This document shows positions 61,151 through 64,000 of a stretch of 64,000 nucleotides of DNA, piece by piece. A program made the translations under genes and the position numbers. Below the pieces are notes generated by a model. That model was not told the origin of the DNA, did no database searches, and saw nothing but the letters and a program-made list of their open reading frames with translations. How positions within the stretch are numbered: position 1 is the stretch's first letter; the number at the start of each line of letters is the position of its first letter. This stretch comes from Bacteroidales bacterium (GTDB lineage Bacteria > Bacteroidota > Bacteroidia > Bacteroidales > UBA1402). The stretch lies in the NCBI GenBank assembly GCA_017446025.1, contig JAFSRR010000091.1, positions 8,661 to 72,660 on the forward strand, read 5' to 3'.

Positions 61151-63151
61151 ATGAGCGACATCCACGGACATCATCACGAGCACCATCACGGCGACGGGAA
61201 CGGCTCCTACATGGGGCACGAGCATCATCACGAGCATCACAACGAGCATCATCATCACGAGCATCACCATCACCACGAGGAAGAAGGCGGAGTCAAGGGG
61301 ACCATCGTCAAGATAGCGGTGGCAGCCGTATTGCTGGTGGCCGCACGGCTTGTCGAAGAATTCACCTCGCTGAGCCAATGGCAACTGCTGCTGGTCTATC
61401 TGGTGCCTTATTTCATCGTGGGCTGGGAAACGCTGCATGAAGCAGCCGAAGGACTGGCCCGGGGAGAGGCGCTCGACGAGCATTTTCTGATGAGCATCGC
61501 CACACTCGGTGCCCTGACCATCGGCTTTTTGCCCGGTGCCGAGCCGCAACTGGCCGAAGCTGTCTTTGTGATGCTGTTCTACCAGGTAGGAGAGTTGTTC
61601 GAAGGCATTGCCGAAGGCAAAAGCCGGCGTTCCATCGCCCATCTGACGGCGCTTCGTCCTGACATCGCCCATCTGGTGCAAGAGGGCAAGGTCGAGGATG
61701 TCCGCCCGGAGAAAGTGGTCGTCGGCGACATCATCCAGGTGCGACCCGGAGAGCGCATCCCGCTCGACGGCACAGTGACAGAGGGCGACTCCAGTCTGGA
61801 CACCGCCGCCCTGACGGGTGAAAGCCTGCCACGAGGCATACATCCGGGCGAAGAAGTCTTTTCGGGCTGTATCAACCTGAGCGGCGTGCTGCATATCAAA
61901 GTGAGCAAACCCTTTGGTGCATCGACCGTGATGAAGATACTCGATCTGGTCGAGCATGCCGCCGCCGGCAAATCGCAAAGCGAGCGCTTCATCACCCGTT
62001 TTGCCCGCATCTATACCCCTGCCGTGGTGGTGGCCGCCCTGCTGCTGGTGCTGATACCCGTCTTTCTGGGCGAAAGTCTGGCCGTATGGGGCTACCGGGC
62101 CCTGCTCTTTCTGGTAGTGTCCTGTCCCTGCGCCCTGGTCATTTCCGTACCGCTGGCATTCTTCGGCGGCATCGGCGGTGCCTCACGCAAAGGCATACTT
62201 GTCAAAGGCGGCAACTGGCTCGAAGTGCTGGCCCGCACCGGCACGGTGGTTTTTGACAAGACCGGCACGCTGACACAAGGGGTGTTTGAAGTGACGGCCG
62301 TCCATCCCGAAAAAATCGACGGGCAGGAATTGCTCCACCTGGCCGCCCATGTGGAGCGCTACAGCGCCCATCCCATCGCAGTATCCCTGAAAAACGCCTA
62401 CCCCGGTGAACAGGACGGCTGCCTCGTGAGCCAGGTGGAAGACCTGGCCGGCCAGGGTGTCCGCGCCCAGGTGAACGGCCAAACGGTCTGCGTGGGCAAC
62501 ACCCGCCTGATGGACAGCATAGGCGCTGCCTGGCTGCCTTGTGAAAAGAGCGGTACCATCGTCCATGTGGCCATCGATGGGCTGTATGCCGGCCATATCG
62601 TCATTTCGGACCGCATCAAAGACGATGCCGCACAGGCCATAGAAGGCTTGCGAAAAGCCGGCATCCAGCACACGGTGATGCTCACCGGTGACAACGAGCA
62701 GACAGCCCGCAGTGTAGCAGAGACCCTGGGCCTCAATGAGTTCCATGCCGGCTTGTTGCCTGCCGACAAAGTGCATCTGCTCGAAAAACTGGTCCGCAAA
62801 GAAAAAGGCCGCCGCGCCGTGGCATTCGTCGGTGACGGCATCAACGACGCACCGGTGCTGGCCCGTGCCGACCTGGGCATCGCCATGGGCGGACTGGGTC
62901 AGGATGCCGCCATCGAAGCCGCCGATGTGGTGCTGATGGACGACCGGCCCTCAAAGATTGTCACCGCCATCCGCCTGGCCCGCAGGACCTTGCGCATTGC
63001 CCGTGAAAACACTGTTTTTGCCATCGGTGTAAAGCTGGCGGTGCTGGTGCTGGCACTCCTGGGACTGGCCAGCATGGCCATGGCCGTGTTTGCCGACGTG
63101 GGGGTAACGGTGCTGGCCGTACTGAATTCGATGCGTTGCCTGCGCAAATAA
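61151..63151 (+). CDS. Heavy-metal-translocating P1B-type ATPase (Zn/Cd/Co-type) with a His-rich N-terminus
   Basis: MSDIHGHHHEHHHGDGNGSYMGHEHHHEHHNEHHHHEHHHHHEEE, then LTGESLP, the CPC motif (VSCPCALV), DKTGTLT and GDGINDAP. Confidence 0.9.
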   Translation: MSDIHGHHHEHHHGDGNGSYMGHEHHHEHHNEHHHHEHHHHHEEEGGVKGTIVKIAVAAVLLVAARLVEEFTSLSQWQLLLVYLVPYFIVGWETLHEAAEGLARGEALDEHFLMSIATLGALTIGFLPGAEPQLAEAVFVMLFYQVGELFEGIAEGKSRRSIAHLTALRPDIAHLVQEGKVEDVRPEKVVVGDIIQVRPGERIPLDGTVTEGDSSLDTAALTGESLPRGIHPGEEVFSGCINLSGVLHIKVSKPFGASTVMKILDLVEHAAAGKSQSERFITRFARIYTPAVVVAALLLVLIPVFLGESLAVWGYRALLFLVVSCPCALVISVPLAFFGGIGGASRKGILVKGGNWLEVLARTGTVVFDKTGTLTQGVFEVTAVHPEKIDGQELLHLAAHVERYSAHPIAVSLKNAYPGEQDGCLVSQVEDLAGQGVRAQVNGQTVCVGNTRLMDSIGAAWLPCEKSGTIVHVAIDGLYAGHIVISDRIKDDAAQAIEGLRKAGIQHTVMLTGDNEQTARSVAETLGLNEFHAGLLPADKVHLLEKLVRKEKGRRAVAFVGDGINDAPVLARADLGIAMGGLGQDAAIEAADVVLMDDRPSKIVTAIRLARRTLRIARENTVFAIGVKLAVLVLALLGLASMAMAVFADVGVTVLAVLNSMRCLRK

Positions 63152-63212
63152 TTTCAGGGCTTGGCTGTATCGCCGATAATCCGTATTTTTACGGCGTAAT
63201 CAAGCTTCTGAT

Positions 63213-63974
63213 ATGGCCATCACGGACGAAAACGAACTGTTCAGACGAAGCCGCCGGCTGCTGGGCGATGCCACGCTCGAGGCACTGAGCCGGGCCAAAG
63301 TCATATTGCTGGGCTCGGGCGGAGTGGGCAGCTGGTGCGCCGAAGCCCTGGTGCGCAGCGGCCTTCGCCATCTCACCATCGTCGATTGCGACCAAGTGGC
63401 CGCCAGCAACGTGAACCGCCAGGCCATGGCCACGACCCGCACGCTGGGCCGGCCCAAGGTGGAAGCCATGAAAGAGCGTTTGCTTGAAATCAATCCAACA
63501 GCCCATATCACCGCTGTCCAACAACCCTATCACGCCGAGACGGCCGGAGACTTCCATCTCGAGGATTACGACTATGTGATCGATGCCATCGACACCCTCG
63601 ACGACAAGGCCAGCCTCATCCTGCAGGCGACGGCGCTGCCTGTCACCTTCTTCTCTTCTATGGGCGCAGCCCTGAAAATCGACCCGTCCCAGATCCGAAG
63701 CGATGTCTTTCGCAAAGTGCACGGCTGCCCGCTGGCCCGGGCCTTGCGCCACCGTTTCAAACAGCGACAGGCCTTCCCCTCGCGCGATTTCCGTTGCGTG
63801 TATTCGCCCGAACTGCTCCCCAACCTGGGAGAGACCGCCGAGCATGAAAGCGCCGGACCGGGCAAAGGACAGGTGAACGGCTCACTGGTCCACATCACCG
63901 CCATCTACGGCTGCACCCTGGCCGGGATGGTGATCCAGGACATCTATCGTCAAAACCGACCTCAAACCCTATGA
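63213..63974 (+). CDS. tcdA: tRNA threonylcarbamoyladenosine dehydratase (ThiF/E1-like)
   Basis: ...LSRAKVILLGSGGVGSWCAEALVRSGLRHLTIVDCDQVAASNVNRQ...GRPKVEAMKERLLEINP...VIDAID... Confidence 0.8.
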   Translation: MAITDENELFRRSRRLLGDATLEALSRAKVILLGSGGVGSWCAEALVRSGLRHLTIVDCDQVAASNVNRQAMATTRTLGRPKVEAMKERLLEINPTAHITAVQQPYHAETAGDFHLEDYDYVIDAIDTLDDKASLILQATALPVTFFSSMGAALKIDPSQIRSDVFRKVHGCPLARALRHRFKQRQAFPSRDFRCVYSPELLPNLGETAEHESAGPGKGQVNGSLVHITAIYGCTLAGMVIQDIYRQNRPQTL

Positions 63975-64000
63975 AACAACGTTTGTCCTTTTCCTTTTGC
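63971..64000 (+). CDS. 5' end of an unidentified ORF running off the window
   Basis: The ATG overlaps the tcdA stop (ATGA). Only MKQRLSFSF... is visible, so no function can be called. Confidence 0.2.
   Translation, partial: MKQRLSFSFC

Noticed and set aside
61034-61978. A 314-aa minus-strand ORF with a Met/Val/Leu-rich stretch opposite the ATPase His tract
   Set aside because: This is an antisense reading of the CAC/CAT-rich His-coding repeat and of the ATPase gene. The plus-strand ATPase has all canonical P-type motifs.

Overview
This is a GC-rich chromosomal segment that reads as Bacteroidota, probably Bacteroidales. Three things point that way: TAnnTTTG -7 boxes sit in front of most transcription units, many proteins carry lipoprotein or T9SS-type sorting signals, and the housekeeping genes are typical of the group. 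I count about 52 supportable protein-coding genes. They include the N-terminal part of PFOR, cstA, uvrA, gcvP, grpE-dnaJ, pepT, gcvT, pfkA, apbE, several transporters and a P-type metal ATPase. There are two tRNA genes (Asp-GTC, Thr-TGT), a candidate SRP (4.5S-like) RNA directly upstream of tRNA-Thr, and several rho-independent terminators. I saw no transposase, integrase, prophage genes, rRNA or CRISPR array. The long ORFs lying antisense to real genes are shadow ORFs caused by GC-biased codon usage. The most interesting region is a tightly packed, terminator-free eight-gene minus-strand operon at about 44.6-53.7 kb. It encodes a small alarmone synthetase, an HD small alarmone hydrolase, an APH-fold kinase, a Cache-PP2C-RsbW-type fusion sensor, a STAS protein, a K+/H+ antiporter, a COG0523 GTPase and an alanine/glycine symporter, with a second HD hydrolase transcribed divergently. 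Other loci worth a second look: an orphan giant-lipoprotein/beta-barrel pair (3.4-8.6 kb); a translationally coupled BKACE/DUF1537-kinase pair inside a glycan/acid-sugar cluster (15.7-22.3 kb); a 204-bp structured element upstream of gcvP; a CotH kinase with three Gly/Phe/Pro-rich inserts; a repeat- and hairpin-filled inter-tRNA spacer; and a Ser/Thr-repeat lipoprotein. All functional calls come from reading the translations and motifs by eye, with no database search.
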